A stretch of DNA of 61,826 bases, counting the filler, from Rhabdomonas costata (taxonomy: Eukaryota), in the NCBI GenBank assembly GCA_019059605.1. It is 28 parts of 28 records of this genome, joined end to end, with 100 filler letters (N's around TTAATTAATTAA, not from the genome) between each part and the next. Parts side by side here need not be neighbours in the genome. Positions count along the whole stretch, not along the records: positions 11,063 to 13,175 come from JAHMHO010005545.1; positions 13,276 to 15,387 come from JAHMHO010005546.1; positions 15,488 to 17,600 come from JAHMHO010005547.1; positions 17,701 to 19,812 come from JAHMHO010005548.1; positions 19,913 to 22,025 come from JAHMHO010005549.1; positions 22,126 to 24,237 come from JAHMHO010005550.1; 22 more parts are not named here. One strand, given 5' to 3'. Below are positions 11,861-23,871 of the stretch, in pieces; positions within the stretch are counted from its first letter, which is position 1; each line of letters starts with the position of its first letter. The notes beneath the pieces were generated by a model. The model saw only the letters and a program-made list of their open reading frames with translations. It was not told the origin of the DNA and ran no database searches. A program made the position numbers and the translations under genes.

Positions 11861-12880
11861 TCACACAGGCCCTCCAAACTGACACGGCAGGTTTTCACGC
11901 ATGCTTTTGAGCAATGACTCAACAAAGAGACCGGGGGCGTGTGGCTTACGGGGCAGAGACAATGGAACGGGAAACGTGAGCTGTGCTGTGAGTGAGTGTG
12001 GCAAGGATGGAAGAAGGGCAGGTACCCCCCACCCCCACCCCCGTACCTGCAGGGTAACAGTGAAGTCCAGCTCGGGCTGCTCAAAGGCACGACTCAGAAG
12101 GAAACGCCTGAGGTGGAAGCCACTGGACAGCCGGTCAAACCTGCGAAATAGAGAGGGGAGAAAGACACGAAGAAAGGGAAACAATGGTGTGAGAGAAAAA
12201 AGCATGGGCGTATTTTTGCAGCATCACATACAATGGAACAAGGCAACGAAAGGTCCATCCGGCGAACAAATTGTGCAGGAAATCCAGATCCCACCTCCGC
12301 CTTCCCCGCATGCACACCGCACAGTGACGACCGCCCCGGTGTCGCCCTCCTCGCAGAGGTGCCTCTCGACGTGCCCGAACTGCGCCACGAAGCCCTCGCT
12401 CCACTCCTTGAGGCAGTGGGTTTGGAAAAAGGGCTCCTTCAGCATACCCCGGGGAACGGTAAACGTCACCTGAGGCCCCCCTTCCCCTTGACAAACACAT
12501 TCACACAAATCTTCACACCTTTTTCACATATGCGACAAAATCGCTGCCCAGAAAAGGGAAAACTATTTATCTGCGCAAGGGTTCAGGCACATTGGGGGAA
12601 GGAAGAATACGGCGGAAGGGTAAGGTCAGAAACGAAACCAAAGGATTCCTGTTGACCACCTTGGGTATCAAGCCACTTCAAACAAAGAATCCAGCAGGGA
12701 TGTCTTGCTGGTGCGACCAACTGGTCTACGGCTGCAATCGTTGGCTTCGCTGGTGTGCGCTCATGCCTGCGCCGCTTCGGTGCCTTCTTCGTTCTCCCCG
12801 TGAAGCACAATCTGCTGTCGAGCAGCACGCCGGAGGTCCGCGGGGAAGACGTCCTTCCGCTGATCCCAGATCTCCACAAT
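11861..12880 (-). CDS. 3' part of an unknown protein (exons ~12880-12767, ~12470-12318, ~12140-12047, ~11878-11861)
   Basis: In-phase chain IVEIWDQRKDVF...EAAQ / VTFTVPRGMLKEPFF...GAVVTVR / FDRLSSGFHLRRFLL...TLQ / FGGPV*. Confidence 0.55.
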
Positions 12881-14061
12881 CTGACACGTGCCACAGGGAA
12901 GGGTAGAGGGGGCTTCCAGAATGGAAGCGCAAAGTGAAAGAGAGAAAATGAGAGCCGGATTAAATAGAGGATTCAAGTGCAGGCCCTCAGGAAAGAAAAT
13001 CTGGTGCATCTTTCTAACCTAAGAAGCCCCGCTCTTTATTAAAAAGCATCAGTCTCGCCCGCCGCAGAACACCCACAGGGGCAGAGGGAGCAATATGGTA
13101 AAGAAGTATAGAGAAGAACTTGGAAAGCACAGTCCGCGAAGTCACAACTCGACTCACCCAACACACACCCAAAACNNNNNNNNNNNNNNNNNNNNNNNNN
13201 NNNNNNNNNNNNNNNNNNNTTAATTAATTAANNNNNNNNNNNNNNNNNNNNNNNNNNNNNNNNNNNNNNNNNNNNTTTTGTTGGGAAGATGGTGCCCTTC
13301 CCCTCCCCCCGAATTTCCAGGCGGTTTTCCTTTTTGCGAGTTTTTATCCTCTGGTTTGCACTTTCGCCCTTGTCGAAACAAACAACATCTACGCCTTTCA
13401 CAGGGGTGCAAATGATGTTGTAATGGCTTCTTTCTGGTATTATCTGCCTGACTTATATTGGGGGTGGGTAGGGATAAACGCGTCTGGCGGGTAGACCGGA
13501 CCCTTGGTCTTCGTTGGTAAGGCCTGTTGATGGTTGGAATAATGCGTGGTTCCCTTTTCTGTCAGGTGTGCGCCTGCTTCTACGACCCTCGACGTTACGA
13601 CAACGGGGAGCTGGGACCTGACCCAAGTGAACCGGAAATGCCCCCAGAAATCTTCTCTTCATGAGAAGACCCCTGTGTGCTATCGCGGTTGCGGATCACC
13701 AGGAACGGTAGTGAAATGACCTGCCCGCTTGGGGCTGCAGTGTAACAGTGTTTTTGCACATCTTCATTCTCGTGACCTGGAAAGGGGAAGGAGGAAGAAG
13801 GGACAGAGAAAGTTGTCCCTCAAAATAGACGAGCAGATCCCAGCCTCACGCCACTGTCTTCAACGTCTCGTGGTTTTCTTTTGGAGTTTGGCTGGTCATT
13901 GCTCCCCATTGGCCCCCCCCCTCACCTTTCGGTGTACCGCTTGGGTTCTTCATGAGTTCCCTTGAATTCCCGTCCATCGGTGAGCCCCCAACATCTCTTT
14001 TTTTTTTTGCTTATATAGGTATTTTCTGATCTTAATATTTGGCGTGAATGTCACCTTAACA

Positions 14062-15189
14062 ATGTGTAAGCAAATAGCCGCGTACGCCTTAATTGCCATC
14101 CTCTCTTGGCTACATTTGCCGGTCGTGCGGACTGCGGAGCCTCCTTCTCCGCCCCACAAATGTGCCAATGGAAGAAGCCTGGGGGCTTTGCCGAACAGCA
14201 CCGAGGAGGCCGTGGTTTGGGATGGCTGCGTGGAGTCTCAGCCTAGTACGACCGTTGCTGTGCTTGTGCCGGCGATGGCCAGTCGAGTGACAGCCGGAAG
14301 GCTCCAGAACATCGAGAGGTCGGTTTCCGTTCCTTTTTTATTCTTACCCGATTATTATCCGACTCTTGGGTATTTGGAATGCGGGCCTGTACACCTGAGT
14401 TGTTTGCAAGAGTTCATTTGCTCTTACATCGCGCTCTGTACAAAGGAAAAGCGGAGACATAGTTTGAATCACAACTCCCGCAAAACAAGCAATCGATCAG
14501 GCAGGTAACATTGACAACTGACCAGTCATGCATTTCACCCTTGGCCTACGCCAGAGCAGATAGATAAACACTTTTCCAATTTGGAAGGCCCCCTATTCTT
14601 TCAGTCTTTCTAGGACTTGTATTGAAGTTTGTAGCACACTAAACTCTTTGTTTCGGGATGTGACTTACCTTACAATGGGCCAAACGAAGATGCAGGCGGG
14701 AAATGGGGCAAATGGGTCGCATCAAGAAGAAGGTGGTAACAAAGGGGGAGATGGGTAGATTATTTTGAAGCACTTCCGCCGCCCCTTGTGATCTCTTCTT
14801 GCCCCTTGCATTATTTTTTTTTTGGCAATGATCGCATCTTTTCGGGATTTTACAGCGTGGGTATTTGTGACGTTCAGGAACATCTTGCGACCACTGAACG
14901 CAGAGCTGCTCGCTCACTTTGTTTACCGCGAGGCCTCGCTTCCGGCGCCTCCTTTGCTGAGCTTGGCAGAACTTGCCACGGGTGTGGTGGTTGAGCGGCA
15001 GCCCAGCGTCTCGAGCATAACCAAGCTGGCTTTCCAGTCCCCCGCGGCGCACAAGCTTCGCGGGATGAAGAGCAACGCCTTGAGCCCCGTCTTTGGGAAG
15101 ACTGTTTGGAACAGCATTTACATTCTCCGCACGATGTGGGTGCTCCACAACCTGCTGGTCCACGTGGAAAAGGCGAAGCGTTCAAGAGA
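14062..15189 (+). CDS. Secretory-pathway, possibly glycan-modifying protein (exons 14062-14318, 14878-~15189)
   Basis: N-terminal hydrophobic signal MCKQIAAYALIAILSWLHL; phase-2 GT-AG intron joins ...VAVLVPAMASRV...LQNIER/NILRPLNAELLAHF. Confidence 0.5.
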
Positions 15190-15489
15190 GTATGCCTTTC
15201 GTTTGTTCTTATGTTCACATCTTTCTTTTGTGTTTTTTCCACAGCGTTGTCAGGAGAAATTGCTCGTTCAGTGCCGGTGCTATTCGATATTTTGTGTGGG
15301 CGGCGGAGCTTTACAGTGTTCGCAAAGCTAGAATTGGTGGGGAAAGCCTTTGCTATCGTTATATATGGGCGCTGCCCACCTGCCTTCNNNNNNNNNNNNN
15401 NNNNNNNNNNNNNNNNNNNNNNNNNNNNNNNTTAATTAATTAANNNNNNNNNNNNNNNNNNNNNNNNNNNNNNNNNNNNNNNNNNNNGG

Positions 15490-16472
15490 GGGGTACGCCG
15501 TGGTGGCGGAGCTCAAGGCTCACCTCAGCGCCCACGCGCTGTGCACGCAGCCATACAACCTCAGAGTGATTTTCCAGGGCCGGCTGTGTGCGGATGACCG
15601 CACGCTGCGGCAGTGCGGGATCGGGTACGGCGCCAAGGTCATGGTGATCGCCAGCACCACCCCTCGCTCCGGTTGGGCATCTTGTGGTGGGAGAGGGCGG
15701 AGTAGTTCCCATGCTCGCGTGCTGTACTGCTCTCTCTCTCTCTCTCTCTCTCTTGATGTGTACACGAACAAGGGCACCGAGATACGCATCATCCTTTTTT
15801 TTTCGGGAAGGTTGAGTAAAGAGGCATTCTGCCCCGCCGAGGGCCGTTCTAAGCCAGCCACCCGACTGCCAACAAGCGTGTTTTCCTGGGTATGATGAAG
15901 AACTGCCGCAGGTCAAGCACAGAGCCTAGATGTATTTATCGATACGTGTGTGTACGTGTGTGTGTGTGTGTTTGCTATGCATGCTTGCTAGTTGAAGAAA
16001 CCGGAATAAAGACCATGGCGTTGAGGAGGACGAGCGTTGTGACTGGTGACATTCCCAATGCCAGCTTGTAACTTTCTTTTCGTGTCTGTCTTCGGTGCCC
16101 TCAGTTAAGAGGTGAGCGATAGGCCAAAAACATTTTTTTTCTGCTCTTGTGGTGAGTAGCTTTGCTGTGTTTAAGTACCAAAGCGCAGTACCTCAGCAGG
16201 TCTTTCCACCCCCACTCCTGATTGTGTGACATCACCCCATTTCAGCGAGCTCGATTGCTGCCCGGCGGCTGTGGTACCTGCCCAGGCTGGCTCCCGTGCG
16301 AAGAGTGCTAGTCCTGGCCATTCTGGCATTGGTCTGGGTTGTTGTGGTACCCCTCAACTTCCTGCGGACGCTGGCAGGCCTGCACGCACTCCGGCCATCC
16401 CCTCCTCGGCCATCCTCAACTCCCTGTGCCTCGGCCGCTCCTCACACCCATTGGGTGGCTGAGAACGTTTGA
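15490..16472 (+). CDS. Ubiquitin-like domain protein with C-terminal transmembrane helix
   Basis: VAELKAHL...NLRVIFQGRLCADDRTLRQCGIGYGAKVMVI is a UBL fold; phase-1 splice to a last exon ~16246-16472 RRVLVLAILALVWVVVVPLNFLRTL. Confidence 0.7.
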
Positions 16473-17466
16473 GAACGAGTCTGGCTGACAAAAACGTTCC
16501 GCCAACTCCAAAGCATCGGTGTGGCCGAGATCCTAACTGAGGCTGCTCGGCCCGATGGTTTGTGGCCTCGCTCATCCACTCAGCGCACTTTCTATATTGA
16601 GAAAGATCTGATGAGAATGAGCGCGGCACGATCTCTTCGGCACATATGCCGGGCGCGCAGGAAATTGGAATGAGATGAGAACCGGTTGCAGATGTGGAGG
16701 ATGCGCCTTTCGACTGGCTCGACACAGCGCGAAATAAAGGGAAACAGCTGTGATCAGTGGGTGGACGGGGTGCACGCCAGTGTTCGCTGTCACCGTGAGC
16801 GCTGCTGCGGGGGCGGGCAGTGCTGCTGCCCTGGCTGCAGTCCTCGCACGCATCTTGACTTTCACGGAGTGATGCAGCTGTGAGCAGGTGGCTTTCAGAG
16901 CTTCATTTTTTTGCAGCAGTACTGCCCGTAATGCCTGAACAGTGACATGCAGGTGGCCACTGTTTCTGGTAAATCATGGATTCTGGTTGCACGTGCGGTG
17001 CTCAGATACGCAATCGCTGAAGGAGAAGAAACTCGAGGAATTCGGAGTTTGGGGTGGGGGTATCGGATTGGATCGCGGGGCTATCGCATTGAAGCATAGA
17101 CTTCGTACATGTTCTCCTTCCACTCAAGCATGTGGTCGATGTGAGGGTATTCGCAGCAATTGCACCCGGCGATGAGGTGGTGTTTACTGTGGCAGTGATA
17201 GCCGTGTCGCGTAGCGACCCTCGAATTTGTTGGTCCTCGCCCACGCATCAGTGTTTTTCTCACACACACACACACAGGCGCGCTTTTAGCCCCCACCACC
17301 ACCATCACTGTGACCTGCTGGCTCGTGTTTTTATGTGACAGTAAGTCGATGAGGGGGAGGAGCTATTCGGGGTTGCCCATTGTGCTCAGGTCCGCCCTGC
17401 TTTTCTCCGCACTTTTCATCACCTCCCCTTCCCTTTTTTTTGGCTTTTTTTTTTGCCTTTGTCGTC

Positions 17467-17592
17467 ATGGAGGCGCTGCAGCCCGAAGATGCGGCTCTGG
17501 TGGGTGCTCTGTCTGCGGAGGGGATGGCGAAACTGAACTCGGAACTGCTCCGCGGGGTTCCCCTGGAACAGTTCCGAGTTCAGTTTCGCCAC
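17467..17592 (+). CDS. First coding exon of an unknown gene, truncated by contig end
   Basis: ATG after a pyrimidine-rich tract; MEALQPEDAALVGALSAEGMAKLNSELLRG. Confidence 0.4.
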
Positions 17593-17981
17593 CCAAAACC
17601 NNNNNNNNNNNNNNNNNNNNNNNNNNNNNNNNNNNNNNNNNNNNTTAATTAATTAANNNNNNNNNNNNNNNNNNNNNNNNNNNNNNNNNNNNNNNNNNNN
17701 GTTGTGTCCACTTTTACCCCTGTTTGCTGTCTGGTGACGTCACCTCGACTTCTCACCTTTCTTGAATATAAGGCAACGTGGTTAAGTGCAGTTGCAAATT
17801 AATCCGCCTGTGCTGTTTTTGGCTGGCGCCTCCGTGGCTTCGGACCTTCGGATTTTCTCATATGGAAGCAAGCGGTGGCCACAGTCGAAGGGCCCAAAAC
17901 CTTTCTTCACACACAAGCGCACGTACACGTACTGTCCGGTCGCTTTCATAGTCGCGTGTCTCCTTTCTCTTTCATGTGCAG

Positions 17982-19812
17982 ATTTGTGGGTATATCCCCC
18001 AAAGGGACGAACACCACCCTACCCTGACGGTACGAGAGACGGTGAGGTTTGCAAAGGAGTGCCTGGTACACTTCGACGCCGCAGAGCAGCGTGACGCCAC
18101 CCCTGCGGAGAGCCCGTTTCTGCGGATGGACCGTATCCTCCATGAAGTGATCCTCCACGTTTTAGGTCTTTCGCGGGGCGGGGTAGGACGAGGGTGCCGA
18201 CAGTAGTGCCGTGGTATTCGTCCGCACATTAGGAATGGTATAGGATCACATATTTACTGGATCGGTTGTTTTTTCTTGAGAAGCACTCTGCTAGGTAAAG
18301 TGCAAAACAGGAAGTCATTATCGCTTTCCGTCTGAGCGGAACGGCACAGTCCCTGTCTCCACATCTCATTCTTCTCATTTTCCGCTTCCCTTTTTTTTCC
18401 GGGGGTAGGTATCGCCCACGTCGGAGACACCATTGTCGGGGGCGAGTCCCTGCGGGGGATTAGTGGAGGGCAGAAGCGGCGGGTCACCTCCGCGGAGGTG
18501 TTTGTTGGGAAGCACCGGGTCGTCTTCGCCGATGAGATCTCTACTGGCCTAGACAGGTGTGAGGTTGCCCCTGATTCTGGTTTCAAAGGCGTAAGAAAGA
18601 CAAGGGAAAAAATATCAGAGCCTCTGCTTAACGTCGCGGGAGTTGCAGAGCCTTCGACTTTGCCTCAGTCTTTAGGGTAAAACAATAATGATACGATAAA
18701 AGGCTCCGCAGATTTTTTCTTTATCTTTTCCTGCTGATGTGCTGTTTTTTTTCTGCTTTTTGGTGAAGTATTCCTACCCGAAACCCAAAAAAGTTCCATT
18801 TTTATCCTCGTGGCAACCAGGAAGTACACTCGAACGCGGAAACCCACTGAATTCTTCAATCGTACGGGGTCTTCTCGCTTTTGGCAAAGATTTTTCTTCA
18901 TTCCGGATTCCCGTCCTTGGAAACGCGCCTCGTTGTTTCCCAGCCGAGTGGTACCTTAGAGTTGACATAGTGTACGAGGTTTTGATGGGCTATTTTTTCT
19001 TGAATTTTGGGAAATGGGTCTGTAGCAGCGGTTGTTACCCAACTTTTGTGGGTTTGTGTAGGGCGTGTTCAGCACTCGTGGAGCAGTTCCTTTGCCCTTT
19101 TGTGCAGTGTGTCCACGTTTGAGATTTGCAAGGCTCTGTCTTTGGTGTGCCAGCTGCACGGCCACACGATGATGGTGTCCCTGCTGCAGCCCCCACCAGA
19201 GGTTTACCGGCTTTTCGACCACGTGATGCTGCTTCGTCAGGTAACGCACCACACTCCATCACTCGTGTCCATTCACAATCTCATCACCGGAGTTTCGGAC
19301 AAAACGAATGCACAGAGAAACGAAATGTCCAATCCTGTGAGGACGTGGTTGTTTCGAGGCAGCCACGGTTGCCACCTGATGGTGGGTCGTTAGATATCCG
19401 TTGGAAATGCGAATGCAATACCCCATACTCCATAATCAAGCGCACCATCGCCATTAACACCATACCCGCGAACTACGCAAAACCCCACCTCCAGGACGTA
19501 TACACTAGGACACACAGCTAACATAGAAGCCCAGACGCATACATGTGTTTTGACTTCTGGACGTCTTGCAGTATGGCATACCGGTCTGTTGGGCGAACAA
19601 AACCATGAAGGCTGCAATGTATTTCGGCCTCCCGTTTGTTCGCCGACAAAATGGTGCCCAGAACCAGAGTTTAAGAGATCGCTCTCGCACAGTAGGGGCT
19701 TGAAGAGTTATTGGCCTGCCCGATATGGAATATGGGAGGGAGCGATGCTTTTCCCCTTCTTACCCAGGGCCACATCATCTTCTACGGTCCTGTCGACAGA
19801 GCGGTGCCGTAC
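17982..19812 (+). CDS. ABCG/PDR-type ABC transporter, first nucleotide-binding domain (exons 17982-18165, 18409-18556, 19108-19240, 19768-19812)
   Basis: [42 protein letters not shown] (ABC signature); [11 protein letters not shown] (Walker B/D-loop); [23 protein letters not shown]. All introns GT-AG and in phase. Confidence 0.95.
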
Positions 19813-19912
19813 NNNNNNNNNNNNNNNNNNNNNNNNNNNNNNNNNNNNNNNNNNNNTTAATTAATTAANNNNNNNNNNNNNNNNNNNNNNNNNNNNNNNN
19901 NNNNNNNNNNNN

Positions 19913-22025
19913 ATTAGTCTAAAGCTCAAAAAGAATCTTGTCCCGAAAAATCCGGCTCTCAAGGGGGTTAAGGGGGCGGAAGACCTGCCTACACCAAAAT
20001 CAGGACTCTCACAGGAGAGTGGGTGTGGGGAAGAGCTGACACGAGCGAATCCGGAAACTGAATAACGCACGCACGCACTGGGAAACGGCTACCAGTAGGG
20101 AGCACGCACGCAATGGGACACCGCCCACTGTTAGGCTGAGTTTAGGTGCGCGAGAAATGAATCGTAAAAAAATATGCATGCGTCGCCACGAGTGCAAGTG
20201 CGCCTTGGAAACAAATAGAGAGAAATACAGTATGTAAATGACGCTGGCACGAAGTTTTGCCGTCGTCTTGGGAGCAGCTTTCAGCAAAACCGAAGAGAAA
20301 ACCCTCGAAAGTACCAAGACCTCCGGAACACTACCGAATATCCAAAAACAGGCCAAGGGTTCGATAGTTGCTTAGGAAGGAAAAGGAATTCGAGCCCGGC
20401 AAACGTTCCCCACCATTTTTAATCCTTGTTTTGCTGTTACCCCCACTCCATTTCCAGAAAGCACTCCCCAATCCACGCCCCCGAAGCCCGTACACACAAT
20501 CGACATGATAGTTGGCACCGACGCGTCGTGTTTGCCGAAAGCAAATTACGAGAATAAACCAACCATCGATCTGTATCGTCCATTGTCATGAACGAGGAAA
20601 AGAAGCCAATACTTGATGTGCCAAGGCTTCACCCTCCTCGGTTCCAAAACAGCAACTCAGTGCTGCAGCACAAAGCACAACGCCAGCTCCAGCGCGTGTG
20701 TCGTACCCCATTAGCCGGAAAGTCAATCCCCGATCTCTCGGGCGAAGGCGGCAACGATGTCTCAGCGACGAGGCTGATCATCCGTCACGCCAGACGAAAG
20801 GGTCGTGTACCAAGCCGCGGGGGAAGGCACCCTGTCAACGGCTGACCAAGGACTGCATCTCTGCCCTAAGAGTGGGCAGCATCGAGCACAGCGTGGTCAA
20901 GGCCTCGATGGCATCTGCGGGGCGGGTCTCGACAAAGCTGCGCATTTCAGTATGCACCGCGGCCCAGAGCGGGAGAAGACCCTGGCTAGGTGCTGGCGCC
21001 GCTGGGGGAGTTACCAGAGGTACCCGACGGCGTGGTGCGGCAGGCTGTCTCCGCTGACGCAGTTGCGAGTCGGGGACACTCCGCACTGCGAGGGACGCTT
21101 CGGTGGCAGTGCCGCCACCGCGACAAGGAGGCTGGGGGGTTTCCCGTGTGTCCTCATCACTGTTGGGGAAGACTTCCTCGAGGCTCTCATGCATGAGCTG
21201 AAAGGCGCAGGGTCAAAAAGTCACTGGGAAGGAACTCACCCTTCCCTTGTGGAACCCACGATGAGCGGAAATAATGCCCCGATCCTGCGTTGTGGAGTCT
21301 CGTTACTTGCTGGTCTGCTGGTGCAGCGAACCGGAGAGATACCCCACCCCCCTCCCTCCCTCATGAGTCCATACCGTTCATCTTCTACCCAAATTCATCC
21401 ACGATAAACAAGGGAGGAGCGCACCTTGAGGGGCTTCTTGATTAAGCGACCAGAGGTGCGAGTGACCATTCCGTCCTGAGAGAGGGCCAGCTCGGCATTG
21501 CTAAGGCGCTCCCTGTCGCCATTCAGTTCACACTTTCGCTGTGAAGAGGTACGCATGCAGCACAACAACATGCAGATCAACGACTCCCATTTTCACCGAA
21601 GGGATATCCGCCGAGTAATGTCACACCTTTTTCAGGGTACCGTCGATAGGCAGGTTGGTGGACACAGCCGCAGCCTGCAAGTGAGGAATTTGCAGAGAAA
21701 ACAAAAGAGACAATTAGCGGAGGGTTGCAATGACCAGCAGAAAAGGAAATTCACTGCTGAATGACTCATTAGAAAATATCCCGGGAACCAATCTTCGTCC
21801 ATTCCAAGGATTCACAAAAAATGGCACACTCATAAGGGAGATCATGGAATTACTGCAAAAATGTGGAACCAAACTAAGTCCATGGAGCCGAATACCGAAT
21901 TAGTCTAAAGCTCAAAAAGAATCTTGTCCCGAAAAATCCGGCTCTCAAGGGGGTTAAGGGGGCGGAAGACCTGCCTACACCAAAATCAGGACTCTCACAG
22001 GAGAGTGGGTGTGGGGAAGAGCTGA
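19913..22025. repeat. Contig with exact 127-bp terminal direct repeat (19913-20039 = 21899-22025)
   Basis: attagtctaaagctcaaaaag...gtggggaagagctga is identical at both ends. Confidence 0.95.
20835..21538 (-). CDS. Last two exons of an unknown protein (21538-21425, 21197-20835)
   Basis: Phase-0 GT-AG intron; RKCELNGDRERL...KKPLK / LMHESLEEVFP...AEMQSLVSR*. Confidence 0.55.
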
Positions 22026-22125
22026 NNNNNNNNNNNNNNNNNNNNNNNNNNNNNNNNNNNNNNNNNNNNTTAATTAATTAANNNNNNNNNNNNNNNNNNN
22101 NNNNNNNNNNNNNNNNNNNNNNNNN

Positions 22126-23871
22126 TGGGGGAGCTTTCGGGGGGACCTCTGGCGGAGTGAAGTTCCCCACAGCGCGCCGGGAGTTCCGGTTGGGGTGGGG
22201 CGAGGTCGGGGCGCAGGAGAACCATGTCCGGGGCTGAAGGGTTGTACACATGCGTTCCGGGGTGAAAGTTTGGCGTGGCTGAAGGCCCCTGCAGGCCGGG
22301 CACAGGGGACAGGGCAGGGTGCTGCTGCGATGCCGCCACAGCAGCCGAAAGACCCGCTTGAAAGAGAAAGAAAAAGGTCTCACAAACGAAACTGCAACGG
22401 CGAGTCGCCGAAATTTGAAAGGAGAAATTGTAAAAACAGAAAGGGAGACGTGACGCAGCCAGGTGGCCAGGAATGCTAAAGGGTGTCCTTTTCCTTAAGT
22501 GTGCAGAAGCACACCTGCTGCGTACTGCTGAGCCAGCATCTGGGTGTACTGTTGGGCGTATTGCTGGGCGTAGAGCTGCGCGTATTGCTGAACATAGTTC
22601 TGAAAATAGCTCTGCGTGAACTGCTGCTGCAGGTACTGTGATGATGCAAAGGGGTGTGAATTCAGAAGGGGATTTTGATTTTCCCTTGATTGGTTGAAAC
22701 CACTCCAAACGGTGCAAAATCTCTCATACCTATTGAAAGGGAACGTGCTTTATCCTTTCCCCCAACTTGGAGGAAATTTCTAAAAACTAAGAAACTCCAA
22801 GGAATCCAAAAAGGTACGAATTTCATGCTTTACTCCCGTCATCGTATTCAATGGGCCCACCGCCTGGTACATCTCACCTCTTGGAAAGGGTTGGGGGTTT
22901 CGCTTCCCTACGGGTTTCAAGACGGGATTTCCGTGTTATCCGTGAGGGTGCTTGTCAGGTATGCAGAGGTTTTCTGCCTTGAATTTCCCTTCCACTTTGT
23001 AACTACCTGTTAACCACGGTAAATGAATGGGACCAAATGAACAAGTGCGATGCCCTCGCGACGAATTGCCTGTTGAGTGTGTGGGGTGGACACGACACCT
23101 GTTGGCTGTCCCTGCTGCCCACACTTCCGATGAGGCTGCTGTCGGGCAACGCTCCACCGATAGTGGGAGGAACCGGTGGTGGCACGGGAAATCCCGGAGG
23201 TAATCCCCGCAAGGGAAAACCAGAAAGCACTCCACCCGTGGGAAGCAGAGGGCCACCAGGAAGAACCTTTAAAAAACGACAGTTCACGGGATGAATAGGA
23301 TAGTTCGCCAACATATTTCGGGTTTTTGAGCTGTCCCACCGTCAGTTTCGTATGAGATCAGGGTGCTAATCTACGCCCACATGCGGGGACAGGTGCTATT
23401 TGCGCACCGGCAAGGGTAGATTCTCAGCTCCTGGAAGAACTGCAGATCCTTTCGCGGGTCTCCGGCGAGGTTGAGATGACGCTGTGCCGACCTGAAGATG
23501 CCCCCCCTCCAAAAGAAAGGAATGCAATGGTGACGATGTGGGCGAGAGAGTAGGGTTCGAGACACAATTTAAGACCTGAAAAGGTGCCATTCCGATCCAA
23601 GACACTGGGAATGGTACTGCTGGAAACGGTGTATCTTTTGCAGGCCGAGGTTTATTTGCAGTGGAGCGCTTTCCTCGGTCCTGAAAGGCAAACAGGAGAA
23701 AGAAGCGAACGTGTGAACAAAAAAAGGGCTGTGCGGAACTTTTGGTAGGAACCTTTCGCTGGGAACCCTCGAAGGAGCTGCGCTGCAGCGTGGTCAGACC
23801 AGGCATGCTCCGAAGGTTCCGGCCAGCGGCATCGAATACTTTCCTGAGATAGGCTTTCTCCGCTGAAACCT
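22126..23871 (-). CDS. Multi-exon low-complexity protein with Gln/Tyr-rich and Pro-rich segments
   Basis: Exon ~22635-22514 YLQQQFTQSYFQNYVQQYAQLYAQQYAQQYTQMLAQQYAA bounded by AG/GT; flanking Pro/Gly-rich exons join in phase. Confidence 0.55.

Noticed and set aside
16400..16560. Selenoprotein K-like UGA readthrough in the UBL-TM gene
   Set aside because: No Gly/Cys-Sec context at the TGA and no SECIS I could identify.
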